This document shows positions 1-8,384 of a DNA stretch of 33,949 nt, piece after piece. Each line of letters begins with the position of its first letter. Position 1 is the stretch's first letter. Source of the stretch: a virus; IMG/VR virus record IMGVR_UViG_3300025147_000009, positions 1-33,949 of that record. The stretch is one strand, 5' to 3'. A model generated the notes under the pieces. It searched no databases. It was not told the DNA's origin and was given only the letters and a program-made list of their open reading frames with translations. A program made the translations under genes and the position numbers.

Positions 1-61
1 TGGCTATAATACCACCGTCAAGAGAGATACACGATATTACAGATGTTCCAGCTGCAACACC
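1..61. repeat. 61-bp terminal overlap, copy 1 (identical to 33889-33949)
   Basis: Direct comparison: tggctataataccaccgtcaagagagatacacgatattacagatgttccagctgcaacacc at both ends, 61/61. Confidence 0.97.
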
Positions 62-778
62 AGTTACAATGCCCTCTTGTGTTACAGTAGCTTTTGCAGG
101 TGTAGCAGTAGCCCATGCTACACGTTTATTTGTTGCTGTTACTGGTGCAATTGTTGGAGTAATTGTAATCTTAGCACCAACCGCAACAACAGCAGTTGCA
201 GGAATTGTTACGCCTGTAACCTTAATATCAGCAGCAGGGTTAATTGAAGCAACATCTTTTATTTCATACAACGCTTGGGTTTGGTCTAATGGGTCAAAGT
301 GAGCATAAATTTCAAGTTCAATTTCGCCCTCACCTTTTGCAGTTGCTTTAAAAGCTAATCCATTTTCACTCATTGCATTAAACAATGTAATTTTCTTGAA
401 CTGACCGCCAAGGGTTTTACAAAACAAAGTTACATTTGTAAGGTAATCCTCAATAGGAATAACATCATCAGGCTGTACACCTGTTATAATACCTGCACTA
501 TAATTAGCACTTCTAAGCGCCATATTTAGTGTATCAAGTGACATGTCCATTATAGTTATTTTAAGAACTGCCTCAACTTCTTCAACAACCTGCAAGCCTT
601 TTGTCTTGCCCTTTTTACCATCAAATTCAATTTCTCTTATTTTTTCTTTTACGGTGAAAGCACCGCCACCCTTTGTAGGTGCGATTTGTTTTTCCCCAGC
701 TACACCAAAATTGGTATATGCTATTCCAAAATCAATTTGTATATTTTCTTTTTGATTCTGTGTTAAATTAGTTTTCAA
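1..778 (-). CDS. Major tail (tube) protein with C-terminal Big_2-type Ig-like domain; the ORF runs off the window start and is completed by 33866-33888 (266 aa in total)
   Basis: I translated the minus strand by hand from TTG 776-778 (GGAGG at 787-791, 8-nt spacer). The frame stays open to base 1: MKTNLTQNQKENIQIDFGIAYTNFGVAGEKQIAPTKGGGAFTV... The C-terminus ...IKVTGVTIPATAVVAVGAKITITPTIAPVTATNKRVAWATATPAKATVTQEGIVTGVAAGTSVISCISLDGGIIATCTVTVS looks like Big_2. It sits between the tail-terminator-like gene and the chaperones. It is absent from the ORF track because it crosses the window edge. Confidence 0.8.
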   Translation of the reverse strand, partial: MKTNLTQNQKENIQIDFGIAYTNFGVAGEKQIAPTKGGGAFTVKEKIREIEFDGKKGKTKGLQVVEEVEAVLKITIMDMSLDTLNMALRSANYSAGIITGVQPDDVIPIEDYLTNVTLFCKTLGGQFKKITLFNAMSENGLAFKATAKGEGEIELEIYAHFDPLDQTQALYEIKDVASINPAADIKVTGVTIPATAVVAVGAKITITPTIAPVTATNKRVAWATATPAKATVTQEGIVTGVAAGTSVISCISLDGGIIA

Positions 779-791
779 TCTTATAACCTCC

Positions 792-1169
792 CTATATTTT
801 TCTTAGTTGATATGTTTGTTTAATACGTCTGATGCGTGGCTCATTGTCAGGCGGTCTTACCTCTGTATCTGCGTATAATGTAAATGCCACATCATTGTTA
901 TAAAACAAACCTTTATTTAAACCTGTTGGGTATTCTAAATCACCATTACCTTTTGTATTACTTGCAAGCTCCTCAAGGGCAATAAGTTGTTCTTTTGTAC
1001 CCCAAAAATCAACGTCTAATGTAAATATATCTAATGCATCATCCTCATAAGCCGAAGGTAACGAATATACAATGTATGGCATTAGTGCTTTTTCAGGAGC
1101 TTCCATATAAAAAACATTGTTGCATTTAGTTTTTAAAAATTCTTTCAACTGCTTACACTCGTTAATCAT
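792..1169 (-). CDS. Tail terminator / tail completion-like protein (DUF3168-like position)
   Basis: ORF-track ORF trimmed to ATG 1169 (MINECKQLKEF...), which has GGAGG at 1179-1183 with a 9-nt spacer. The upstream ATG 1190 has no SD. It lies immediately upstream of the major tail gene. Confidence 0.5.
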   Translation of the reverse strand: MINECKQLKEFLKTKCNNVFYMEAPEKALMPYIVYSLPSAYEDDALDIFTLDVDFWGTKEQLIALEELASNTKGNGDLEYPTGLNKGLFYNNDVAFTLYADTEVRPPDNEPRIRRIKQTYQLRKI

Positions 1170-1581
1170 CTGAAATTTCCTCCGCTTCATCTATTAGACC
1201 TAATGCTATATTTTCATCTTCAATTGCCTTGATATGCTTGCCTGCAATAAGACGTATTTGTGCAATATTTTCTTTTGCTGCTGGTACCAAGAACGGTTTA
1301 GCCTTCATATTCTTTGTTCCGAACTCTAAAAAGTGTAAATGAAATGCAGGTGTTAAACCTTTTTTCTTTGCTCTATCTCTTGTAAATACACCAATTTCCA
1401 TTTTGCCCTCATTACGTCTTACCCAAGTACCAATATTTTTTGCTAATGTGCCAGTAACATTATGTATTCTTGATTTCGCATCTTTGCGAAGCATCTTTGC
1501 TATTTCTTTAAGTGCCGAACGTTCAAGCTCACCCATAATATACTTAACTCGTTTTGCATTGCTTGTATACTTAGTTGCCAT
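1162..1581 (-). CDS. HK97 gp10-like head-tail joining / neck protein
   Basis: MATKYTSNAKRVKYIMGELERSALKEIAKMLRKDAK...FLEFGTKNMKAKPFLVPA resembles the HK97 gp10 family. Start ATG 1581 has GAGAGGG 6 nt upstream. Confidence 0.6.
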   Translation of the reverse strand: MATKYTSNAKRVKYIMGELERSALKEIAKMLRKDAKSRIHNVTGTLAKNIGTWVRRNEGKMEIGVFTRDRAKKKGLTPAFHLHFLEFGTKNMKAKPFLVPAAKENIAQIRLIAGKHIKAIEDENIALGLIDEAEEISDD

Positions 1582-1900
1582 TAACAGCCCTCTCAACAGT
1601 CAATTCCAATTCCTCAAAGCCTGTTGAATATGTACGGAGCACAGTGTATCTCTTTTCGTCATATTCAATTTCCATTTGTCCGTCATACTCATAAGAATGG
1701 ATAACAAAAGTAAGCTCAGGCTTCAATTTATTTTGTGCAGCACTATAAAATTCACCTCTTGAGATAGACTTAATACCGCAAAGAATTGTTGTTGTGGTTT
1801 CAGTAGCAATTGCATCGCCTATTTCATCAGTAATAAAATTGCCTTCTTCATCAGTAGCGTATGCTTTATCAATCAATGTCAATTCATTATCATACGTCAT
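1571..1900 (-). CDS. Head closure / head-tail adaptor protein (SPP1 gp16-like)
   Basis: Trimmed to ATG 1900 (MTYDNELTLIDKAY...) with GAGGTGA upstream. The C-terminus ...ELTFVIHSYEYDGQMEIEYDEKRYTVLRTY and the gene order are typical of head closure proteins. Confidence 0.6.
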   Translation of the reverse strand: MTYDNELTLIDKAYATDEEGNFITDEIGDAIATETTTTILCGIKSISRGEFYSAAQNKLKPELTFVIHSYEYDGQMEIEYDEKRYTVLRTYSTGFEELELTVERAVNGN

Positions 1901-2174
1901 TAGAATCACCTCGAGTGTTGATATATAGATTATGCAGCCTAAATTGCAAATCCCTTGGCATACCTTTATCGCTGTCCTTGTTTTGATACCTCCATGAAGC
2001 ATAGTCAACAACAAAAATTAAATGATTAGGGCTGGCACTATCAAGTGTCAACCCTTTTTCATCTTCTAATTCTGCAACTACACCCCTTGCAATAGCAATC
2101 AAATACATATCTCTAATATTAGTCTTTATTCCAAGTCTTTCTTTTACCAGTTGCACAATTAGTTCTATATTCAT
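1890..2174 (-). CDS. gp6-like head-tail connector (DNA-packaging/connector family)
   Basis: Trimmed to ATG 2174 (MNIELIVQLVKERLGIKTNIRDMYLIAIARGVVAELE...), with GAGGTGG 7 nt upstream. It is the first gene after the capsid block. Confidence 0.6.
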   Translation of the reverse strand: MNIELIVQLVKERLGIKTNIRDMYLIAIARGVVAELEDEKGLTLDSASPNHLIFVVDYASWRYQNKDSDKGMPRDLQFRLHNLYINTRGDSNDV

Positions 2175-2187
2175 TTTGCAACCACCT

Positions 2188-2310
2188 CTACTTTTTAATT
2201 GCCCCAATCTGCACAAGCTTTTTAGTAGCCTTGCAATTGCCGTTAAGGTCTATTTCTTCACCAGCTTTTACCCCGTTTACTGTAAAACCTTTATTAACTA
2301 CGTATACCAT
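2188..2310 (-). CDS. Small hypothetical protein (40 aa) between the capsid and connector genes
   Basis: Below the ORF-track cutoff. ATG 2310 is preceded by GGAGGT with an 8-nt spacer. It reads MVYVVNKGFTVNGVKAGEEIDLNGNCKATKKLVQIGAIKK with stop TAG at 2188-2190, and it fills the gap exactly. Confidence 0.45.
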   Translation of the reverse strand: MVYVVNKGFTVNGVKAGEEIDLNGNCKATKKLVQIGAIKK

Positions 2311-2311
2311 A

Positions 2312-3778
2312 TTAAGCTACCTCCCATACATCATTCACAAGCTCAACTTGTACCCAAGAGCCGTTAACTTTCATTAGCGTATCACCTGCGGATGCCACAA
2401 CTGGTGTTAAAATATCTTCACTAAGCACATAAACTGTTTGTGCATCTGGTGAAGCTGGCAACGCATCAACTGTTAAGATGTCTTGTACATCAAGCCCTGT
2501 TGTATCGTTGATTGTAATAACAACAAAGTATTTAGGATAAACAGGCTTGCCATCATAACGAGCTGTGCTTTTAAATACAGTTTGGTCTTCGATAAATTTA
2601 ACATCAGTTGAAACAGAAATAACGATACCTGACCTTTCGCCAAGTAGGTATTTTTTAAAGTCACCAATTACGATTTTTTTATTAGGCACATTTTGATTAA
2701 ACACAATGCGTGTGCCGTCTGGTAGCCTTGGTGTTGAAGCAGTCTGAATTACAAGCCTACCGTCAGCAGTTGGTAAGTATGTTTGCGGAGCAATGTATTT
2801 GTAATATGTTGACCTTTTCATTACTGCAATTACTTCACCAATTGGTGCACCATCTTCACCATCGTCAATAAGTGCCATATGGCTCATTATGTCTTTAAGT
2901 GTTCCATCACTTGAAACGGTATGAGTTCCATCAACACTTGGGATAATTCCTGTTGGTTGTTTTGCCTCAGGTGTACCAATTAAAATAGATTCATCAAGTG
3001 CCTTCGCATTAGCTATTGCTAACCTTGTTTCTACATAGCTTGCAAGGTTTATCATACTATCTTCAATAATTGAATTAGGAATAGGAATATATCCACCAAC
3101 CTTAAAGCCATCAAGCTCGGTTTGAGAAAATGATGTTGATAATTCTTCTAATGCGCCTGCCATCTCTACCCAAATACCTTTAGGTATTGCACCATCCATA
3201 ATTACTCTTGCTGTTCCGTTTAGCTTTTGAACAGTAACCTCGTTGTATAGCGTTGAATAATCACCAATGCGAGTTTGAATCATATTTATAACAGCTTCTG
3301 GAATCAGAATATCAGAGCCACTAACTGCTCTTTTTTCTGTTATTGCAGAGGAAATTCTTGTATAAAAGTCTTTAACCTCAGCTCTTTCTAACCTTGCCAC
3401 CATTTGCTCTCGTGTTTCGTAATTGTTACCTCTCATTCTTGTTTGACCTCCATTCATATTTTGTCTTGATTCTGGTGCTGGTGTTGGTTCAGGATTATTC
3501 AAAGGCTCTTTTTCATTAAGCTCTTCAAGTTCCTTTTCCAATGTTGTTATTTCACCTTCAAGTGTTACTTTCTTTTCGTCAAGGTCAGCCTTTTCAGTAT
3601 CAATAGCAGCTGCTTCATCCTCAACTACCTTAATTTCTTCTTCTGTCTTTGCTTCTTCAATTGCTTTTTCTGCATCTGCTGACCGTTTTTGTAGGTCAGT
3701 TTCTTTTTCAAGAAGCTCACCAAGGCTTGCCTTTCTTTGTTCAATTTTCTTTGCAATCATTAATTGTCTTAGTGCCAT
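2312..3778 (-). CDS. HK97-fold major capsid protein with N-terminal coiled-coil (delta/scaffold-like) region and an extra C-terminal extension of about 64 aa
   Basis: 488 aa. The N-terminus is charged coiled coil (EKETDLQKRSADAEKAIEEAKTEEEIK...). The core ends in the usual ...ARYDGKPVYPKYFVVITIN motif. It follows the prohead protease. Confidence 0.8.
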   Translation of the reverse strand: MALRQLMIAKKIEQRKASLGELLEKETDLQKRSADAEKAIEEAKTEEEIKVVEDEAAAIDTEKADLDEKKVTLEGEITTLEKELEELNEKEPLNNPEPTPAPESRQNMNGGQTRMRGNNYETREQMVARLERAEVKDFYTRISSAITEKRAVSGSDILIPEAVINMIQTRIGDYSTLYNEVTVQKLNGTARVIMDGAIPKGIWVEMAGALEELSTSFSQTELDGFKVGGYIPIPNSIIEDSMINLASYVETRLAIANAKALDESILIGTPEAKQPTGIIPSVDGTHTVSSDGTLKDIMSHMALIDDGEDGAPIGEVIAVMKRSTYYKYIAPQTYLPTADGRLVIQTASTPRLPDGTRIVFNQNVPNKKIVIGDFKKYLLGERSGIVISVSTDVKFIEDQTVFKSTARYDGKPVYPKYFVVITINDTTGLDVQDILTVDALPASPDAQTVYVLSEDILTPVVASAGDTLMKVNGSWVQVELVNDVWEVA

Positions 3779-4362
3779 TTTTTAAACATCTCCCTCACAT
3801 TATTTTTTCTTTGTTCAAGCTTTCTTTCCTTATGTCCATTAACCTCTGCCTGTCTTGCCTGCACCCCTGTTTCTTCATAAGCTGGGAATGTGCAAACACT
3901 TACTTCATCAAGGTCAGCTTCGGTTATTGTCCATTTAACGGTGCCATCATCACGCCAATCAACCAGCTCACCAATGATATTAAAACCGAAACTGCATTGG
4001 TCAACATCGCCACGTTTTACACGCTCATAAAGGTTTACCGCATCACCGTCATTAGGGTTAATTTTAACCCTGCCCCAAAGTCCTCTGCTGTCGGTCTTGA
4101 GTTCAAGTGTACCTGATTTGTTTCTACCAAGCACTAACGTTGTATCATGATTAATTAAACAACGAATATCATTGCTTAATGTTTTATCAAATGCACCTGG
4201 AGCAATTTCTTCAAATGCACCTCTCCACAATTCTGTCTCTTGACCGAATACAGCAAAATAACCTTCAATGAACATATCTTCATTAGTTTGTTCAGCCCTT
4301 AATTGTGATAATTTTGTTAACAGGCTTCTCGTTTGACTTTGCTTTCTATCCACCACTACCAC
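3769..4362 (-). CDS. HK97-family prohead maturation protease (S78-like)
   Basis: ...[33 protein letters not shown]...[13 protein letters not shown]... lies between portal and capsid. The start is uncertain: GTG at 4362, 4356 or 4353, with GGAGG at 4362-4366 favouring one of the later GTGs. Confidence 0.7.
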   Translation of the reverse strand: MVVVDRKQSQTRSLLTKLSQLRAEQTNEDMFIEGYFAVFGQETELWRGAFEEIAPGAFDKTLSNDIRCLINHDTTLVLGRNKSGTLELKTDSRGLWGRVKINPNDGDAVNLYERVKRGDVDQCSFGFNIIGELVDWRDDGTVKWTITEADLDEVSVCTFPAYEETGVQARQAEVNGHKERKLEQRKNNVREMFKKWH

Positions 4363-5539
4363 CTCCTTGGTTTAATTTCTTTTGGTCAGATATCATTCCC
4401 TGCGGAATATAATTTTCAAGGATAACCAATTCCGATAGTCCAGGCAATGGTGATAACCCCAGCCAATCTCTGACCTCATTACCATACATCATTCCACGAG
4501 TGTACATATTTGCTCCAGTCTCAGCAAGTTCTTTCATATCATAAGCATATAAGCTTCGTGGGTTAAATTTAAAATACAAATCAGGGCTAAGTAGTATCTT
4601 GCGTGTAAGCTCCTGCATAATGCCCATTGCGATAGGCAGAATTTTAGTATTGATGAAATTGTTATATTCATCTTTATCGTATTCGCCAACGCCAACAAAA
4701 AACGCAGGTACTCCGATAATCCCCGCTACTGTTCGCTTATCAATTTGTACTGCATCGTTTATAGCAAGGTCTTGCAAACTTAAAGGTTTTACCTGTTCAA
4801 CTTTTACAAGGTCAGCAGGTACAACCCAAGGCTTACCTCCACCTGTTTCGCTTACATACTTTTTAAGGATTGCATCTCTGCCCTCTTCTGATGCAAGCTC
4901 TTCGGTCATAGCATCAACTGCAATTATAATTGACGGTTTCCACTTATCAGACATAAAGCTGTTTTTCGTCTTTGTAGCTTGTTTAATGTTATTCACAATA
5001 TCTTTTAGTACTACCCTATACCCAGTACCCATATAAGGCTTTTCAGGGTTAGGATTAATAGTAAAATGTAGTACCTCATCATAATTGTAAATGTTACTAT
5101 CATACGCAATCTCATACGCTGTAGATGTATCAATAAATCTAACTCTTGATGGTCTTAATGGTATAAGTTCATCAATAAGCCCATTGCTTATTTTTGGATA
5201 CACTACGCTGTTACCATTGCCATCAAGAAGCATTGTATAAACTATGTTATACATCCACGCTTTTCGTGTCATAAGGCTATAAGGGCTAATGTCAATTTTA
5301 TTTGACAAAGCATTTTTAACACGAATGTCACCATTATCAGTATTTTGCATAAGGTGAATAGTCATACTCGATATTAAATCTGCTATCTTATCAACACAAA
5401 TTTTTACCTCGGCATTATCAGCTAACCTTGTGTACCCTGGCACGCATAATGTATCGGTTGCATCACTGCTTAAAAACCAACTTAAAGCAGTTTGTGGCTC
5501 TGCCCTCGTTTTTATTTGTTGCTTGTTCTTCTTACTCAT
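4346..5539 (-). CDS. Portal protein (HK97-type)
   Basis: 397 aa, directly downstream of terL and upstream of the protease. It has the glycine-rich C-terminus typical of this portal family. Confidence 0.8.
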   Translation of the reverse strand: MSKKNKQQIKTRAEPQTALSWFLSSDATDTLCVPGYTRLADNAEVKICVDKIADLISSMTIHLMQNTDNGDIRVKNALSNKIDISPYSLMTRKAWMYNIVYTMLLDGNGNSVVYPKISNGLIDELIPLRPSRVRFIDTSTAYEIAYDSNIYNYDEVLHFTINPNPEKPYMGTGYRVVLKDIVNNIKQATKTKNSFMSDKWKPSIIIAVDAMTEELASEEGRDAILKKYVSETGGGKPWVVPADLVKVEQVKPLSLQDLAINDAVQIDKRTVAGIIGVPAFFVGVGEYDKDEYNNFINTKILPIAMGIMQELTRKILLSPDLYFKFNPRSLYAYDMKELAETGANMYTRGMMYGNEVRDWLGLSPLPGLSELVILENYIPQGMISDQKKLNQGGGSGG

Positions 5540-7273
5540 TTAATCCCTACCTTTCAGCCATTTGCTGGCGGATGTTGATTTCTCTATGTTCTCTAATTTA
5601 CGAACACAGGCAAATACAGCAGCATCAAATATATCAATTCTTTGCTCTGTCATTACTTTTTCATATTGAATCATATCATCAGTCTTTTCAATTGCTCTTA
5701 CATTCTGCACACAATATTCAAAGGCTTCTGAATGCAGGTAATAGAACTTGCCCTCTTTTGATTTTGATTCAATACGTCTAAAGCCTTCTGACTTTTTATA
5801 AAAATATTGTGGCTGGTCAATGATATTAAATCCTGCTTTTTTCATTTCAACAAAGTACTCACGACAAAACTTTCTATCGTGTCCTACCTGTTTAATTTTA
5901 AAGCCTTTCTTTTTCATCATCACAAACCAATTAACAATATCAGAATAATTAACAACAGGATTGTTGCACATATCCAGCCAACCATCATCTAACCAACCAA
6001 ACAAAGGTATGCCATCTTCATCGGCTTTTTTATGTGCCATTACAATTGGGAACCACGCATGAGTGATTACAATATCAACACCTTTATATTCCCCATACAA
6101 TGCGGTAGCTGTTAGGTCATGTAGCTTAGAAAGGTCTGCACCTCCGTACCATTCAATGGGGAGCTTAGCAAGTTCGTCAATTGTCCACTTGTATTGCTTG
6201 TCGGAATTTCTAAATTCATCAATATTGAAATAAGCCCTCATTGCAGAAGTATAAACATTAAGTGACTTAGCAAAAAAATCTTTTCTTAGTTGTGGGTCAT
6301 TCTGTGCTTGCATAGCATCGTTCATCAATTCATCAGGTCTTATAGATACTCCATAGGCTGGGTTTGCCATTTCGTGAATTATAGGATTTGTGTAATCTAC
6401 ATTTCCGTTTTCATCTTCATCGGCTTTACATATAAAAACAAAATACGATTCGTCTCGGATTGTGCCATCAAGAATTTTTTTGCAGTATTGTAATTTTTGA
6501 TAGCAGAAAGAAGTCATATCATCACCAGCGGTTGTAATCCCAATCATAAGCTTATTTGTATATGCTTTCATTGCTTCTTTGAAAAGGTTATATTGCTTAG
6601 GTTTTTTATAAGCGTGTATCTCATCACATATAGCAATATTACAATTTAAGCTGTCTTGAGTGTCGGGGTTTGCTGCCATAGCTTGAAAGTATAAATATCC
6701 ATCTCCTAAATCACCAGAAATGCTATGCTCTTGATTGTTGTCTAATATTCTAAATGAATCCCTTTCCCCCATTTGGTCAATGTTAAAAAGAATAAAATTA
6801 AAACTCTCAAGTGACTGTTTAAGGGCAGCACCAACTATGTAACATTTAGAACCTGACTTTCTGCCTAACAATCCAAGCGCCCATGCAAGAGCAGCAGCAA
6901 ATGAAGTTTTTATATTCTTTCTCGGAATAAAAATTAAAGCTTCTTTAAATCGTCTGATATGCGTTCCTTCATGTAAAAATCCAAGCAAATTGTAAACTTG
7001 AAATTTATGAAATGGCTCTAACAAAAAAGGCTCACCTCTAAGTGGTGTGCCATCTAATCTTTCACCCTGCATATGTACGAACGTTTTTTCAATAATGCCA
7101 ATAACAAATTCTGCATCCTTTGGGTCAAACTCATATAAAGGGTTTTTTAAATCCTTAACAAAACGGTTACAGGCTTGCTTCAATTCTTTGCAGGCTATTT
7201 TTTTGTTTTTAATAATGCTGTCAACGTATCCCATAACAACATCATAGTTTTTATATACACTTATTTTCTTCAT
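5540..7273 (-). CDS. terL: Terminase large subunit (Terminase_1-like)
   Basis: 577 aa. It has an ATPase P-loop-like segment [20 protein letters not shown], a Walker-B-like CDEIHAY, and a nuclease half. It sits downstream of terS. Confidence 0.85.
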   Translation of the reverse strand: MKKISVYKNYDVVMGYVDSIIKNKKIACKELKQACNRFVKDLKNPLYEFDPKDAEFVIGIIEKTFVHMQGERLDGTPLRGEPFLLEPFHKFQVYNLLGFLHEGTHIRRFKEALIFIPRKNIKTSFAAALAWALGLLGRKSGSKCYIVGAALKQSLESFNFILFNIDQMGERDSFRILDNNQEHSISGDLGDGYLYFQAMAANPDTQDSLNCNIAICDEIHAYKKPKQYNLFKEAMKAYTNKLMIGITTAGDDMTSFCYQKLQYCKKILDGTIRDESYFVFICKADEDENGNVDYTNPIIHEMANPAYGVSIRPDELMNDAMQAQNDPQLRKDFFAKSLNVYTSAMRAYFNIDEFRNSDKQYKWTIDELAKLPIEWYGGADLSKLHDLTATALYGEYKGVDIVITHAWFPIVMAHKKADEDGIPLFGWLDDGWLDMCNNPVVNYSDIVNWFVMMKKKGFKIKQVGHDRKFCREYFVEMKKAGFNIIDQPQYFYKKSEGFRRIESKSKEGKFYYLHSEAFEYCVQNVRAIEKTDDMIQYEKVMTEQRIDIFDAAVFACVRKLENIEKSTSASKWLKGRD

Positions 7274-7623
7274 TTCATATCACTCAAAGCTTGTGCCAGT
7301 TTTGATTTACTCATTTTTTCAACTGTAACAGATTCAATAGCCTTAGGATTAAGACATAATCTATCAGAATATGCCAGTATATCTTTACGCAAAGTTTCAA
7401 GAGTTGAAACAATTGGAGACTTCTTTGCACCACCACTCATAGTTTCAGTTTCAAAGTTATAATTATTGTCCTTAAAATCCTTTGAAAATTTTTCATACTG
7501 TTCGCAAAGCTCGGAATAAATGTCAATAACCCTATCATATTGAGGCTTATATACGCCAAGTTTTTTCATATCTGAAATTGTCTTTTTCCTTATTGTGTCT
7601 TTGTTCGTGGCTTTCCTCGGCAT
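7270..7623 (-). CDS. terS: Terminase small subunit, P27 family-like
   Basis: [45 protein letters not shown]...LCLNPKAI matches the P27/Terminase_4 pattern. There is an ATGA overlap with terL. SD GAGGGGG lies 7 nt upstream. Confidence 0.7.
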   Translation of the reverse strand: MPRKATNKDTIRKKTISDMKKLGVYKPQYDRVIDIYSELCEQYEKFSKDFKDNNYNFETETMSGGAKKSPIVSTLETLRKDILAYSDRLCLNPKAIESVTVEKMSKSKLAQALSDMK

Positions 7624-7674
7624 ATCTAAACCCCCTCAAAAAAAGTTTTTCAGCATTCGCTCTATTGGAAATAG

Positions 7675-7727
7675 CTCCCCCCCCTGGTCCCGGAGCATTA
7701 TTTTTTTAAAATTTTAGGAGGGGGGGA
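7675..7727. other. GC-homopolymer-flanked element between HNH and terS; candidate cos region
   Basis: CTCCCCCCCC (C8, 7677-7684) TGGTCCCGGAGC ... AAAATTTT ... GGAGGGGGGG (G7, 7720-7726) in an otherwise AT-rich genome. It occupies the position where HNH-dependent cos phages carry cos. Confidence 0.35.
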
Positions 7728-7734
7728 TACACTT

Positions 7735-8055
7735 TTATAAGTTATATTTGTGTATCAATTCTTTACCCTCATCACCAAATACCCTTATCAATAATCTTAT
7801 ACCTTGTGCTGTTAATTTATTGTTTGTTCTATCGTGCATCGCACTGTGATGCTCTGAGCACAAGGATATTAAGTTCTTAGATAAGTAAGCCCATAGAGGT
7901 TTAAACACAAGGCACCATTCAAGTGGCACGATATGATGAACGTGTATAGCTGTTGTTGACTTACCATACCGCTTGCACTCTTGACATAAGTATTCATCAC
8001 GCTTTAATATAATAATTCGTTTGTTAATCCACTTCAAAGATTTATAAAAGTTCAT
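7735..8055 (-). CDS. HNH endonuclease (packaging-associated)
   Basis: CQECKRYGKSTTAIHVHHIVPLE...LISLCSEHHSAMHDR is an HNH motif with CxxC/CxxH zinc ligands. It is trimmed to ATG 8055 (MNFYKSLKWINKR...), a typical HNH N-terminus. The track start 8076 lacks an SD. Confidence 0.8.
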   Translation of the reverse strand: MNFYKSLKWINKRIIILKRDEYLCQECKRYGKSTTAIHVHHIVPLEWCLVFKPLWAYLSKNLISLCSEHHSAMHDRTNNKLTAQGIRLLIRVFGDEGKELIHKYNL

Positions 8056-8062
8056 ACCATAC

Positions 8063-8263
8063 CTACCACTTACCATTTTGTATTTTAGTAATAACTAAAC
8101 TGATTGCTGTTAAGTCAGCAGGTATATGTTTCTTAGTAATCTTAACCTTACCTGTCTTGCCTGACTTATCTGCTAATATCTCTTTCTCCTCATATTCATA
8201 TCCAAGTGCCCTTTTAAGTAATGCTTCTTTTACTTTATCTTCAACTTCTTTGTTATTTATCAT
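8063..8263 (-). CDS. Small hypothetical protein (66 aa), first gene after the methylase terminator
   Basis: ATG 8263 with GAGGTG 8 nt upstream. ...LLKRALGYEYEEKEI...KKHIPADLTAISLVITKIQNGKW resembles C-terminal segments of some TerS-like or packaging proteins. This is recalled from memory and unverified. Confidence 0.5.
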   Translation of the reverse strand: MINNKEVEDKVKEALLKRALGYEYEEKEILADKSGKTGKVKITKKHIPADLTAISLVITKIQNGKW

Positions 8264-8269
8264 TGACGA

Positions 8270-8339
8270 AACACCTCATAATGTGTAAAATGATAAAGAT
8301 AGTCGCATGCATGCAAATCTATCTTATGCCAGAGGTGTT
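8270..8339 (-). promoter_or_regulatory. Structured 5' leader: an anti-SD/SD 8-bp pairing enclosing a 7-bp hairpin and a GCATGCATGC palindrome
   Basis: aacacctc (8270-8277) is the exact reverse complement of gaggtgtt (8332-8339). On the minus RNA the upstream AACACCUC can pair with GAGGUGUU, the SD of the 8263 gene. There is an inner stem 8296-8302/8319-8325 and a central perfect palindrome at 8305-8314. Confidence 0.4.
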
Positions 8340-8350
8340 CTGGTATAAAC

Positions 8351-8378
8351 AACGGAAGGTGTTTCAGCACCTTCCGTT
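8351..8378 (-). terminator. Perfect 11-bp hairpin after the methyltransferase gene (probable intrinsic terminator, possibly bidirectional)
   Basis: aacggaaggtg-tttcag-caccttccgtt. On the minus RNA it is followed by GUUUAUACC, on the plus by GUAUUAUUAU. Confidence 0.5.
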
Positions 8379-8384
8379 GTATTA

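Noticed and set aside
1-61. The terminal 61-bp repeat as a genuine direct terminal repeat (DTR) of the virion
   Set aside because: It lies inside the major tail protein ORF, and removing one copy restores the frame. An HNH/P27-TerS cos-type packaging module with a cos-like element at 7675-7727 points to different physical ends.
2473-2667. 64-aa minus-strand ORF nested in the capsid gene
   Set aside because: It is in a different frame inside a well-supported capsid ORF, has no SD, and has unremarkable composition.
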